64,000 bases of DNA from Dehalococcoidia bacterium. Lineage in GTDB: Bacteria > Chloroflexota > Dehalococcoidia > UBA6926. The translations under genes and the position numbers were made by a program. Below, in pieces: positions 49,319 through 59,155 of the stretch (positions are counted from its first letter, which is position 1; every line of letters begins with the position of its first letter). Under the pieces are notes generated by a model, which was given only the letters and a program-made list of their open reading frames with translations, did not search any database and had not been told where the DNA came from. The stretch is from contig OY762213.1 of assembly GCA_963665385.1 (NCBI GenBank), forward strand, positions 1,058,313 to 1,122,312, read 5' to 3'.

Positions 49319-50119
49319 ATGTTTAAGAGAATCGACCATATCGGCGTCGTCGTCCGCGACATCAAAGAGGCAACGGACGCCTACGAAAGGCTATTTGGCC
49401 TGAAAGTCGCCGCCCAGGAGACCATTGAGGAACGCGGGCTCATCGCCGCCCTCGTGCCCACGTCAAACGTGCGCTTTGAGATTATGCAGCCCATCAACCC
49501 GGAGAGCGCCGTCGGACGGTTTATCGAGCGCCGTGGTGAGGGCATCCAGCACATCTGCTTTGAGGTCGAGGACATCCGCGCCACCATCGCGACACTCAAG
49601 GAGCGCGAAGTGCAACTCATCCAGGGCGAGCCGGAAGGCGGATTCGTCGGTGAGGTCGAGTTCATCCACCCCCGCGCCGCCAACGGCGTCCTTACGGAGA
49701 TCGCGCAGGTCACCCGCCACACCCCAACCGAGCATGATCTTCGCGTCCATCACGTTACTATCGCCGCCACGGACCGCGACGCCGCCGTCGAGAATTGGTC
49801 AAAGAGCTTTGACCTCAAGCTGAACCGAATGTCGGAACGAGAGAGTGCCGGAATCATCGCCGGCTGGCTTGACGCGGGTGACGCAGAGGTTGAATTCGCT
49901 CAGCAGACCTCAGACGAAGGCCCGCTTGCCAGGTTCATTGAGGAGCGAGGCGCCGGCGTCTTTGGCATCGTCCTGGAGACAGATGACGCGGAGGGCCTGA
50001 CCGAACACGTCAGAAGCCAGGGCTTGCGCGTGATAGAAGACCCCGAGGGCGACAACGTCATCCGCGTCGTCCATCCCCAGGACTTCTTCGGCACCCTCAT
50101 CATGATCAACCAACGCTGA
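49319..50119 (+). CDS. Methylmalonyl-CoA epimerase-like protein with duplicated VOC domain
   Basis: N-terminal domain MFKRIDHIGVVVRDI...GIQHICFEVEDI is a full MCE-like VOC. A second complete VOC domain follows (LRVHHVTIAATD...). Confidence 0.75.
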   Translation: MFKRIDHIGVVVRDIKEATDAYERLFGLKVAAQETIEERGLIAALVPTSNVRFEIMQPINPESAVGRFIERRGEGIQHICFEVEDIRATIATLKEREVQLIQGEPEGGFVGEVEFIHPRAANGVLTEIAQVTRHTPTEHDLRVHHVTIAATDRDAAVENWSKSFDLKLNRMSERESAGIIAGWLDAGDAEVEFAQQTSDEGPLARFIEERGAGVFGIVLETDDAEGLTEHVRSQGLRVIEDPEGDNVIRVVHPQDFFGTLIMINQR

Positions 50120-50143
50120 CAGCCGCTCTGAAAGGCAACAACA

Positions 50144-51025
50144 ATGACAGACCAGCAAGATCTTCTGCTACAGCGATTTGACCAGGTAGGCCTCCTTGTC
50201 CGGGACATCGATGAAGCCGCTCAGAAAGTGGAGGATGTCCTCGGACTGAGCGCCACCGTCAAACGTGACGCCTACGACGAGGGCTATCGCGCCGCAATCA
50301 TCCCGTTGCGCGTCGGCCGCCTGATTCTGCTCCAACCCACAACCGACGACAGCCCCTTGGCCAAACAGCTTGAGGAACGCGGCGAGGGCATGCACCACGT
50401 CAGCTTCCACGTTGATGACATCGAGCAGGCTACAGAGGAGATCCAGAGCCGTGGCGGAGAGTTCATCGTCCATAGCCCCCAACAGGGCATCACGGGCAAG
50501 AACACCATCATCAGCCCTGCCAGCACCGGCGGCGTCCCCGTGGAGATCAAGGAAACTACCCTCTTCACACCCGGCACGTCGCGGGACATCGGCCTCCACC
50601 ACGTCACCATCCGCACCTATGACGTGGGCACGGCCTCGGCGACATGGCAGCATCTCTTCCGGATGCCCCTCAAGCGGCGTGCCGTCTCCGAGGGCTTCGG
50701 CATGGACACCGCGTGGCTCGACGCCGGCGACGCCGAAGTCGAATTCGCCCAGGACCTCAATGAGAACGGCCCCGTCTCCCGCGCCCTCAAGCTCATGGGT
50801 GAGGGCCTCCATGCCGTCGTGCTTGAATCTGACGACCCCGAGGCCGTCGAGGAGCGCGTTCGCGCTGCCGGCGTCCGCATGATTGTGGACGACGGCGAGC
50901 CAACCAACGTTCTCCGCGCCGTCCATCCCCTTGATTTTCTCGGTACTCTGGTATTGATAGCGCAGCGTGACGCGGCCCATGCGGGGATGAACCGCACGCA
51001 GCCCGCGGACGACACGGCGCACTAA
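50144..51025 (+). CDS. Second tandem double-VOC (MCE-like) paralog
   Basis: FDQVGLLVRDIDEA...GMHHVSFHVDDI, then LHHVTIRTYDV...; same architecture as 49319..50119. Confidence 0.7.
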   Translation: MTDQQDLLLQRFDQVGLLVRDIDEAAQKVEDVLGLSATVKRDAYDEGYRAAIIPLRVGRLILLQPTTDDSPLAKQLEERGEGMHHVSFHVDDIEQATEEIQSRGGEFIVHSPQQGITGKNTIISPASTGGVPVEIKETTLFTPGTSRDIGLHHVTIRTYDVGTASATWQHLFRMPLKRRAVSEGFGMDTAWLDAGDAEVEFAQDLNENGPVSRALKLMGEGLHAVVLESDDPEAVEERVRAAGVRMIVDDGEPTNVLRAVHPLDFLGTLVLIAQRDAAHAGMNRTQPADDTAH

Positions 51026-51071
51026 GGGCGAGCGTCACTAAACGCCCGCGCCACGGAGAGGAGTCACAACA

Positions 51072-51488
51072 ATGACAACAGCAACAGCCCCAGCCCGAGT
51101 CCTGATCGCCAAGCCCGGCCTTGACGGACACGATCGCGGCGCAAAGGTCGTCGCCCGCGCCCTGCGTGACGCCGGCTTTGAAGTCATCTACACCGGCATC
51201 CGCCAAACCCCTGAGATGATTGTGCAGGCCGCCGTGCAGGAGGACGTGGACGCCATCGGCCTTAGCATCCTCTCCGGCGCGCACCTTGATCTCCTCCCTG
51301 CCATCGTCAACGGACTGCGCGAGAACGGCCTTGATATCCCCGTCTTCTCCGGCGGCATCATTCCCAAGGAAGACTACGAAGCCCTAAAGGGAATGGGCAT
51401 CACGGCCATCTTCGGCCCGGGAACCAGCCTTAAGGACATCGTCGACTTCACCCGTGAAGTCACGGGCACACCCTCCCCCGAAGACTAA
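51072..51488 (+). CDS. Methylmalonyl-CoA mutase cobalamin (B12)-binding small subunit
   Basis: [35 protein letters not shown]...[12 protein letters not shown] is the B12-binding (DxHxxG) domain. Confidence 0.9.
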   Translation: MTTATAPARVLIAKPGLDGHDRGAKVVARALRDAGFEVIYTGIRQTPEMIVQAAVQEDVDAIGLSILSGAHLDLLPAIVNGLRENGLDIPVFSGGIIPKEDYEALKGMGITAIFGPGTSLKDIVDFTREVTGTPSPED

Positions 51489-51543
51489 GCCCGCCACCTC
51501 ACCGGTCCGGCCCCGTCATTCTCGCGTAGGCGGGAATCCAGAA

Positions 51544-52134
51544 ATGGAGCGTATCCACTTAAGCTGGAACGCGGCCACCAAACTCCATAGACCCACCAGA
51601 CATTATTCGCGAAATTCAAAGATGTTAGTGAACGTCAGCGGCCTCATACAAGAGCCTATCGGCGCGCGCCGATCCTACGGCTTCATCGGAGAAGATGTCG
51701 GGAGCGCCCTCGTCAACTGTGAGGTCGAGCTTATGCGCACTGATGCCGGCATCCTCGTCTCCGCCACCTGCGACTGCGAACAACAACTGACCTGCTCGCT
51801 GTGTCTCGAGCCCTACCGGCAGAAGCTCAGCTTCTCGTTCGACGAGGAATACTTCCCGATCATCGACATCGCAACCGGCCGCAAGATGCCGGAACGCGAC
51901 ACATCGGAAGACCTGCAGATCAACGAACAGCATCACCTTGATGTCGGCGATGCCGTTCGTCAGTACCTCATCATGCATGAGCCTCAGAACCCAGTCTGCA
52001 AAACTGACTGCCTTGGCCTTTGTCCGCAGTGCGGAGTCGACCGCAATACGGTATCCTGCAAGTGTCCGCCCATTCCCGCTCGTAGTGAGTGGGCCAAGCT
52101 GCAAGAGCTTTGGGCCGACAAATCTAACGACTGA
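51544..52134 (+). CDS. yceD: YceD/DUF177 family protein (large-subunit rRNA accumulation protein)
   Basis: Cys-rich C-terminus (CKTDCLGLCPQCGVDRN...CKC) and its position immediately upstream of rpmF. Start at ATG 51544 or 51622. Confidence 0.75.
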   Translation: MERIHLSWNAATKLHRPTRHYSRNSKMLVNVSGLIQEPIGARRSYGFIGEDVGSALVNCEVELMRTDAGILVSATCDCEQQLTCSLCLEPYRQKLSFSFDEEYFPIIDIATGRKMPERDTSEDLQINEQHHLDVGDAVRQYLIMHEPQNPVCKTDCLGLCPQCGVDRNTVSCKCPPIPARSEWAKLQELWADKSND

Positions 52135-52202
52135 TTTACGTAGAGAACGGAAAGATTAGGCTGAGGCAATTTAGCCGCCATAGCCGGAAAGGTCTTTAAG
52201 AA

Positions 52203-52394
52203 ATGCCGCCACTACCTAAGAGGCGACGCTCCCGCGCCCGCCAGAACAAGCGCATGGCACACACTGCCAAGTCGCCCATCCTCACATCGCAGTGCCCCAA
52301 CTGCGGCAACGCGAGGGTTGCTCATCGTGCCTGCCCTTCCTGCGGCACCTACAATGGCAGGCAGGTCGTCACGCCCCGCCGCACCGCCGAATAG
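52203..52394 (+). CDS. rpmF: 50S ribosomal protein L32
   Basis: MPPLPKRRRSRARQNKRMAH...CPNCG...CPSCG. Confidence 0.9.
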   Translation: MPPLPKRRRSRARQNKRMAHTAKSPILTSQCPNCGNARVAHRACPSCGTYNGRQVVTPRRTAE

Positions 52395-52421
52395 CCGCGA
52401 ACAAGAAGGGAGCAGTTGAAA

Positions 52422-53342
52422 ATGACAATCGCGTATCTCTTTCCCGGCCAGGGCGCCCAGGCAGTCGGCATGGGTAAGGACCTCTATGATGCCGTCCCTG
52501 CCGCCAAAGCCATATTTGACGAGGCCGATCAGGCTCTCGGGTTCTCACTCTCCCAGCTCTGCTTTGAAGGCCCCATGGAGGATCTGACGCAGACAATCAA
52601 CACCCAGCCCGCCATCCTCACCGCGTCCGTCGCCGCGCTTGAAGCCGCGCGGGAAGTGCTCGGTGACAAGGGCCTCACCCCGTCATTCGCTGCCGGTCAC
52701 AGTCTCGGTGAATATTCCGCGCTTGTTGCCTCCGGTTCGATGACCTTCTCCGATGCCGTCAAGCTCGTCCGTGAGCGCGGCCGCCTCATGCAGGCCGCAG
52801 GAGATGCGGCAGAGGGCGCGATGGCAGCCGTCATGGGAATGCCCGAAGACCAGCTGCAGGCCATCTGTGAGGCCAACGGCGTGGACATGGCCAATCTGAA
52901 CTCCGCTGAACAGATTGTCATCAGCGGCTCAAAGACAGGTGTCGAGGCGGCACAGAAAGCCGCTGAGGAAGGCGGTGCCCGCCGCGTCGTGCCGTTGCCG
53001 GTCAGCGCGGCGTTCCATTCCTCGCTCATGGACCCAGCCGTCCCCGGCATGCGCACCGCCCTTGAAGGCGCATCCATCTCCGCGCCCACCTACCCTGTCG
53101 TCGGCAACGTCACCGCCCAACCGCTCGAAACGGCCGATGAGGTCGTCGATGAGCTTGCCCGCCAGATCCGCAGCTCCGTCCAATGGTTCCGCACCGTGGA
53201 GTACCTGCGTGACAACGGCGTCGCCACGTTCATTGAGATCGGACCAGGCAAGGTTCTCACCGGCCTCGTCAAGCGGACCTTCGATGGTGCGGAGACCGTC
53301 AACATCGGCAACCTGGAGGAGCTTGAGGCTCTCCGAGCCTAG
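52422..53342 (+). CDS. fabD: Malonyl CoA-acyl carrier protein transacylase
   Basis: YLFPGQGAQAVGMG and GHSLGEYSALV active-site motifs. ATG 52422 preferred over TTG 52416. Confidence 0.92.
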   Translation: MTIAYLFPGQGAQAVGMGKDLYDAVPAAKAIFDEADQALGFSLSQLCFEGPMEDLTQTINTQPAILTASVAALEAAREVLGDKGLTPSFAAGHSLGEYSALVASGSMTFSDAVKLVRERGRLMQAAGDAAEGAMAAVMGMPEDQLQAICEANGVDMANLNSAEQIVISGSKTGVEAAQKAAEEGGARRVVPLPVSAAFHSSLMDPAVPGMRTALEGASISAPTYPVVGNVTAQPLETADEVVDELARQIRSSVQWFRTVEYLRDNGVATFIEIGPGKVLTGLVKRTFDGAETVNIGNLEELEALRA

Positions 53343-53355
53343 GCAATCGTCGGTC

Positions 53356-53817
53356 GTGTCCCAAGCGCCTGCGGACGGCGGAGCCGTCGAACGATTCGCC
53401 GAGTCGCGCCGCAGCGCCCGCGCCATTGCGCTCCAGGCGCTTTATGAGTGGGACGCCGTCAGGCATCCGCCCGCCGACTCCGTAGGCCGAATCGCCGACG
53501 ATTTCCTTGAGGACTCGGGCCGGGATTCTATCCTGTCTTACGCCGCAGCCCTCGTGGATGATGTGCAGCAGGACGAGGCTCGCCTTGATCGCCTGATCCA
53601 GGAACACGCGACCGCCTACCCCGTTAGCCAGCTTGCTACTGTCGACCGCAACGCTATCCGCCTCGCGCTTTCCGAAATAACGAATGCGCGTGTGCCAGTG
53701 GCGATTGCCATCGACGAGGCCGTCGAACTCGCTCGGACATACGGCGCGGAATCCTCTGCCCGTTTCGTTCACGGCGTATTGGGGGGCGTGCTTGCGGAAC
53801 TCTCGATTGACCCCTAA
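53356..53817 (+). CDS. nusB: Transcription antitermination factor NusB
   Basis: RRSARAIALQALYEWD...AIDEAVELARTYG. GTG start 53356. The longer track ORF (52915..53817) overlaps fabD in another frame and is an artefact. Confidence 0.85.
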   Translation: MSQAPADGGAVERFAESRRSARAIALQALYEWDAVRHPPADSVGRIADDFLEDSGRDSILSYAAALVDDVQQDEARLDRLIQEHATAYPVSQLATVDRNAIRLALSEITNARVPVAIAIDEAVELARTYGAESSARFVHGVLGGVLAELSIDP

Positions 53818-53861
53818 TGTAAGTCTAGGAAGCAATACTCAGCGCAGGGAGGAAATATCAC

Positions 53862-54122
53862 GTGGCTACCGTTGAAGAGAGAGTCAAAGAGGTCATCGTT
53901 GCGCAGCTTGGCGTCGAAACGGAAAACGTCACCCTCGGAGCGTCTTTCACTGAGGATCTCAACGTCGATTCGCTCGATATGGTTGAACTCGTGATGGCGT
54001 TCGAAGAGGAATTTGAGAAGAGCGCCGAATTCTCCATATCTGATGAGGACGCCGAGAAGATTCTCACGGTGCAGGACGCGATCAACTACTTCAAGGATGA
54101 GGTTGGAATCGCTGACGAGTAG
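53862..54122 (+). CDS. acpP: Acyl carrier protein
   Basis: [27 protein letters not shown] with the phosphopantetheine serine in DSLD. Confidence 0.9.
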   Translation: MATVEERVKEVIVAQLGVETENVTLGASFTEDLNVDSLDMVELVMAFEEEFEKSAEFSISDEDAEKILTVQDAINYFKDEVGIADE

Positions 54123-54190
54123 ACCCGGACTTCAGTGTAGGGGCTTTGGGACTGGGTTTATGACTAGCGTCGAACCCATCCCAATCCGTT

Positions 54191-54871
54191 GTGGCTATGG
54201 CCTCCCCTGCTGCTGATGCGGCGGAGGCCCTCCGCGCCATTGCCCTCGAAATCTCGGCCTGCACGGAGTGCCGACTCTCTGAAGGCCGCACGAACGCTGT
54301 CCCCGGTGAGGGCGCGCCGGACGCTGATGTCATGTTCATCGGCGAAGGGCCGGGTTTCTACGAGGATCAGCAAGGTCGGCCTTTCGTGGGCGCCGCCGGC
54401 AAGTTCCTGGATGAGCTACTTGCCACCATCGGCTTGGAGCGCAAGGACGTCTACATCACCAACACCGTCAAGTGCCGCCCGCCGGATAACCGAGACCCCC
54501 GTGATGACGAGCTCGACACCTGCGAGTCCCTCTACCTCCGCAGACAGCTCCAACTCGTGAACCCTACCCTGCTCGTGACACTGGGGCGCTTCTCACTTAC
54601 CCGTCTCTTCCCGGGGCAGGCCATATCCCGCGCCCGCGGCCAACTCCTCTACAAGGACGGCCTTGCCGTCTACCCCGTCTATCACCCCGCCGCCGCCCTT
54701 CACCAGCAGCGCTTGCGAGATGTCATCGTGGAGGACTTTCGCAACATACCAACGGTCCTTGAAACTGCCAAACGCCGCCTGACCGGCGCAGTGGCGGACC
54801 AGCAGGCCGGCTATGGCTCCGACGAAACAGACACCAGCGAGAGCTCCGGAGAACAATTGAGCCTCCTCTAG
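54191..54871 (+). CDS. Uracil-DNA glycosylase, family 4 (Fe-S)
   Basis: CTECRLSEGRTNAVPGEGAPDADVMFIGEGPG...NTVKCRPP motifs. Confidence 0.88.
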   Translation: MAMASPAADAAEALRAIALEISACTECRLSEGRTNAVPGEGAPDADVMFIGEGPGFYEDQQGRPFVGAAGKFLDELLATIGLERKDVYITNTVKCRPPDNRDPRDDELDTCESLYLRRQLQLVNPTLLVTLGRFSLTRLFPGQAISRARGQLLYKDGLAVYPVYHPAAALHQQRLRDVIVEDFRNIPTVLETAKRRLTGAVADQQAGYGSDETDTSESSGEQLSLL

Positions 54872-54875
54872 GCCC

Positions 54876-56567
54876 GTGGTCACCATGTCTACTTCTAGCC
54901 CCCCACTCCGCATCATTCCGCTCGGCGGCCTTGGCGAAATCGGCAAGAACATGATGGCCATCGAGTACGGCGACGACATCCTGATAATCGATTGCGGTCT
55001 TATGTTCCCGGATGAGGCGCACCACGGTGTCGATATCGTTCTGCCGGACGCTCAATATGTCATCGACCGCGCCGAGCATGTTGTCGGCGTCGTCATCACC
55101 CACGGCCATGAGGATCACATCGGCGGCCTGTCCCACATCCTTCCGGAGCTCGGCGTGTCCGTCTATGGCACCGCCCTCACTATCGGGCTTGTCTCCGTCA
55201 AGCTCCGCGAGTCCCGGCGTCTTCGCGGCATCACCCTCGAAACCGTCGAACCGGGGGACACGTTCGGCCTGGGCGTTTTTGACGTCACCCTTTTCCGCGT
55301 CAACCACTCCATCCCTGATGCAACCGGAGTCATCATTGACACTCCCGTCGGAACGGTCGTCCACACGGGTGATTTCAAACTTGACCACACGCCCGTGGAC
55401 GGCAAACCGACGGACTTTCAACGCCTCGCCCAGGCGGGAGAGGACGGAGTTCTCCTGCTGTTGTCAGATTCCACATATGCCGACGTCTCTGGCCACACGC
55501 CTTCGGAAGCTGTGGTGGGAACGGCACTGGCCCGCTACATCGGTGAAGCGGAAGGCCGCGTCATAGTCGCCAGCTTTGCCTCCCTCATCTCTCGCATCCA
55601 GCAGGTAGCGGATGCCGCCGCCGCCCATGGGCGCAGGCTCGGCATCATCGGTCGCAGCATGGTTGATAACGTCCGTCTAGCAACGGAGCTCGGCTATCTC
55701 CGCATCCCGGACGGACTGCTCATCCCCGCCAATCAGCTCGACTCCAGCGTGCCCGAGGAAACCGTCATCATGACCACTGGCGCGCAGGGTGAGCCAACCT
55801 CCGCCCTCGTCCGCATGGCTCGCGGCACTCATCAGCAGGTTCACATCGAGCCCGGCGACACCGTGATTCTCTCCTCCAACCCCATCCCCGGCAACGAGGC
55901 CGTTGTTGGCCAGACCATTGACGGCCTATTCCGACTCGGCGCGGACGTCCTCTACAGCCGCACGGAGCAGGTCCACGTCCGCGGCCACGCCAGCCAGGAA
56001 GACCTCAAGCTCATGATGCGCCTCACCAAGCCGCGCTATTTCGTTCCTGTCCACGGTGACTTCCGCCACCTCGTCCACCACACCCGCCTCGCAGAATCCG
56101 TCGGTATCCCGGAGGACAACATATTCCTCATGAACGATGGCGACGTGCTTGAGATCGATGATGTGGGCGATGCCAGGATTGCTGAGAGTCTTGACCTGCG
56201 CGACAGGTTTGTTTCCGGCATCCACGTTGGCAGTGTTGACAATGAGGTTCTGCGTGAGCGCGCCGCCCTCTCCCGCAACGGAATCGTCACTGTCTCTGTG
56301 CCAATCGATTCTGAGACCTATGACCTCGTGGGCGACCCGGTGATCTCCATGATCGGCTTCCTTGACCAGGAGCGCGCCGATGACCTCTGCATCCGCCTCG
56401 TAGAAGTGGTGGAGGATGCTGTCGCCAAGGCCCAGGACGCCGCCGTTTCCAAACCTGCTGCCGGCCTCAGCGCTATTGAATCCGCCGTCCGCGAAGAACT
56501 CAACAACGTCATCTACAAAGACACCCGCCGCCGCCCCCGCCTCCTCATCCAAACCACACCGCTCTAG
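54876..56567 (+). CDS. rnj: Ribonuclease J (beta-CASP metallo-beta-lactamase)
   Basis: ITHGHEDHIGG, beta-CASP region, and RNase J C-terminal domain. Confidence 0.9.
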   Translation: MVTMSTSSPPLRIIPLGGLGEIGKNMMAIEYGDDILIIDCGLMFPDEAHHGVDIVLPDAQYVIDRAEHVVGVVITHGHEDHIGGLSHILPELGVSVYGTALTIGLVSVKLRESRRLRGITLETVEPGDTFGLGVFDVTLFRVNHSIPDATGVIIDTPVGTVVHTGDFKLDHTPVDGKPTDFQRLAQAGEDGVLLLLSDSTYADVSGHTPSEAVVGTALARYIGEAEGRVIVASFASLISRIQQVADAAAAHGRRLGIIGRSMVDNVRLATELGYLRIPDGLLIPANQLDSSVPEETVIMTTGAQGEPTSALVRMARGTHQQVHIEPGDTVILSSNPIPGNEAVVGQTIDGLFRLGADVLYSRTEQVHVRGHASQEDLKLMMRLTKPRYFVPVHGDFRHLVHHTRLAESVGIPEDNIFLMNDGDVLEIDDVGDARIAESLDLRDRFVSGIHVGSVDNEVLRERAALSRNGIVTVSVPIDSETYDLVGDPVISMIGFLDQERADDLCIRLVEVVEDAVAKAQDAAVSKPAAGLSAIESAVREELNNVIYKDTRRRPRLLIQTTPL

Positions 56568-56672
56568 CCAACCCCTCGCCGTTCGCCCTGAGCTTGTCGA
56601 AGGACATGAGCGCACCCCCGCCCCTCAAACACCGCTACAATCACTTACAGGAAACTTGGGGGGACGGAAACA

Positions 56673-59099
56673 ATGACGGGTACGAACGACAACGGCAATT
56701 CCAACACCGATCAACAGGGCGCGCTCAACCACCTGCGAATCATCGAGTACGGTGACATTCCCGCCTCATACGCCGCACGATGGCTTGGCGACCTCGGCGC
56801 GGACATCATAAAAGTTGAGCCGCCCGGCGGTGATCCCAACCGTCACCTGCCCCCATTCGCCGGCAACGTCCAGGACCCGGAGCGCAGCCTCGCGTTCATC
56901 AACGCCAACCTCAACAAGCGTTCCATCGTGCTCGACATCATTGACTCCGATGCCGACCGCCAAAGCTTTGTCGACCTGCTGGTGGGTGCTGACGCCCTAA
57001 TCGAGGCCACGCCCCCAGGCACACTCGAGTCCATCGGCCTCACACAGGAGTCGTTGCTGGGGCGCAATCCCCACCTCGTCACAACATCAATGACCCCATT
57101 CGGCCAGTGGGGCCCCTATTCCGATTACAAGGGCAGCCACGCCGTCATTGAAGCCATCTCCGGATTCATGAGCGCCCACGGTGATGACACAATGCCGCCG
57201 GTCGCGACACCCGCCCACCAGACCTACCAGGTCGCCGCCGTCCATGCCGCCTACCTCACACTTGCCGGCATCCGCCATGCCCGCCTCACCGGCGCAGGAC
57301 AGCGCATCGATCTCTCCATCGCAGAGGCCACAACCTACATGGGTTCCAGCGCCATCGCCCGATACACGCAACGCAGCGAGATTGTGGAGCGCAACGGCTC
57401 CAAGCCCCAGGGCGGCGCATCAAACATCTTCCGCTGCAGGGACGGCCGCTACGTCTATCTCTCCATCTACATCCTCCCCCACTGGCACCTAATCACGCGT
57501 GAATGGATGGAGGATGCCGTCCTCTCCGCTCCCGAGTGGGACGACCAGGAATATCGCGGCGCGAACGATGACGTCATCAACGCCATATTCCAGTCGTTCA
57601 TCGAGCAGTTCGACGCCGATGAGTTCGTGGAGGAATGTCAGCGCCGTGGCCTGCCCTGCGCACCCGTCAACACGCCCGGCGATTTCCTTACCAGCCCGCA
57701 GCTCACCCACCGCCAATGGATCCAGGAGCTGGAGCATCCCGTCATTGGCAAGTACCGCGCCCCCGGCTTCCTCTTCAAGATGAATGAGACGCCAATGCGC
57801 GCATGGCGACACTCACCCAAGCTTGGTGAGCACCAGCAGGAAATCCTGGCCGAAGCGCAAAACAAACGGCAACCCATCGCCGCCTCCGCCTCTCGCAACG
57901 GCCACGCGCAGGATGAATCCATGCTCGCCGGTGTCCGCGTTGCCGACCTCACCCGCTTCTTTGCAGGCCCCATCGGCACCATGTTCCTTGGCTTCTACGG
58001 CGCGGAGGTCATCAAGGTTGAATCGGAGCTGCTCGTCGCCAATCGTGACGCCAATGGCCCCCTCTACCCTGACATGAACCGCAACAAACTCAGCGCGACC
58101 ATCGATCTGCGTCATGAGGACGGCAAGAAACTCATGGACAGCCTGCTCAAGGAGAGTGATGTCTTCGTTGACAATTTTTCTCCGCGCGTGATCGACCGCC
58201 TTGGCTTTGGGTGGGAGCACAACCGTGAGGTCAACCCCGGTGTCGTCCAGATTACCGCGCCCGGCATGGGGCTGGACGGTCCCCTCACCTCGTGGGTCAC
58301 GTGGGGCAATCAACTCGTCGCCTACACCGGCCTCTGCTCCATGTGGGGATTCAAGGAATCGGAGATGGCCGCGCACGGCAAGCTCGTCATACCGGACTAT
58401 CTCGGCGCCAGCCTCATCGCCCTATCATCCATCTCTGCGCTCGAATACCGCGACCGCACCGGCAAGGGACAGTTTATTGAACTCGCGCAGGTGGAGGCGC
58501 AGGGCGCAATCATGGGCCCAGCCATCCTGGATTCCACTGTCAACGGAAACGAATGGGAAGCGATGGGCTACAACGAGGTCCTCGGCAGACACTACGCTCC
58601 CTACGGGGCATATCCCTGCAAGGGCGACGATGAATGGATTGTCGTAGCCGTAGAGACAGACGAGGAGTGGCAGGGTTTCGTGCAGGCGATGGGTTCACCG
58701 ACCTGGGCACAGGATCCCGCCTACTCCACCCATGGCGGCCGTGTTGCCGCAAAAGACGATCTCGACGCACAGATCGGCGATTGGACGCGCGCCTACACCA
58801 AGCGGCAGGCCATGCGAATCCTGCAGAAGAACGGCGTCCCGGCCGCCGCCAAGTATACCGGCGAAGACCTCTATTCAGACGTCCACTTCCGCCAGCGCGG
58901 ACACATCGTCGATGTCCATGAGCCGCCGTGGGGCGACCTCTCCCACCAGGGCCTCCCGGGCATCCCCTCGCTGGCCGAAGCGCACGGCGACGGCCCCCCG
59001 CCCTGGATCGGCGTTCACAACGACTACGTCTTCAAGACCCTGCTGAGCCTCACCGACGAAGACTACGCAGAAGGCCAAAACTCCGGCGCCATCCGCTAA
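56673..59099 (+). CDS. Fusion of two family III CoA-transferase (CaiB/BaiF) domains
   Basis: Two consecutive CoA_transf_3 units: LRIIEYGDIPASYAARWLGDLGADIIKVEPPGG..., and LAGVRVADLTRFFAGPIGTMFLGFYGAEVIKVES...; 808 aa. Confidence 0.8.
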   Translation: MTGTNDNGNSNTDQQGALNHLRIIEYGDIPASYAARWLGDLGADIIKVEPPGGDPNRHLPPFAGNVQDPERSLAFINANLNKRSIVLDIIDSDADRQSFVDLLVGADALIEATPPGTLESIGLTQESLLGRNPHLVTTSMTPFGQWGPYSDYKGSHAVIEAISGFMSAHGDDTMPPVATPAHQTYQVAAVHAAYLTLAGIRHARLTGAGQRIDLSIAEATTYMGSSAIARYTQRSEIVERNGSKPQGGASNIFRCRDGRYVYLSIYILPHWHLITREWMEDAVLSAPEWDDQEYRGANDDVINAIFQSFIEQFDADEFVEECQRRGLPCAPVNTPGDFLTSPQLTHRQWIQELEHPVIGKYRAPGFLFKMNETPMRAWRHSPKLGEHQQEILAEAQNKRQPIAASASRNGHAQDESMLAGVRVADLTRFFAGPIGTMFLGFYGAEVIKVESELLVANRDANGPLYPDMNRNKLSATIDLRHEDGKKLMDSLLKESDVFVDNFSPRVIDRLGFGWEHNREVNPGVVQITAPGMGLDGPLTSWVTWGNQLVAYTGLCSMWGFKESEMAAHGKLVIPDYLGASLIALSSISALEYRDRTGKGQFIELAQVEAQGAIMGPAILDSTVNGNEWEAMGYNEVLGRHYAPYGAYPCKGDDEWIVVAVETDEEWQGFVQAMGSPTWAQDPAYSTHGGRVAAKDDLDAQIGDWTRAYTKRQAMRILQKNGVPAAAKYTGEDLYSDVHFRQRGHIVDVHEPPWGDLSHQGLPGIPSLAEAHGDGPPPWIGVHNDYVFKTLLSLTDEDYAEGQNSGAIR

Positions 59100-59155
59100 C
59101 CACAGTACCCTCCCCCCCTCTGTGCTACAGTACCAGCGCAAAAGGACGTGCTCAG

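Noticed and set aside
52915-53355. Long ORF 52915..53817 (300 aa)
   Set aside because: Its 5' part overlaps fabD out of frame. Only the 3' part from GTG 53356 encodes NusB.
58928-59155. Upstream extension of the repeat-lipoprotein ORF (track start 58928)
   Set aside because: It overlaps the 3' end of the CaiB fusion gene in another frame and encodes Arg/Pro-rich junk. ATG 59156 gives a clean signal peptide plus lipobox.
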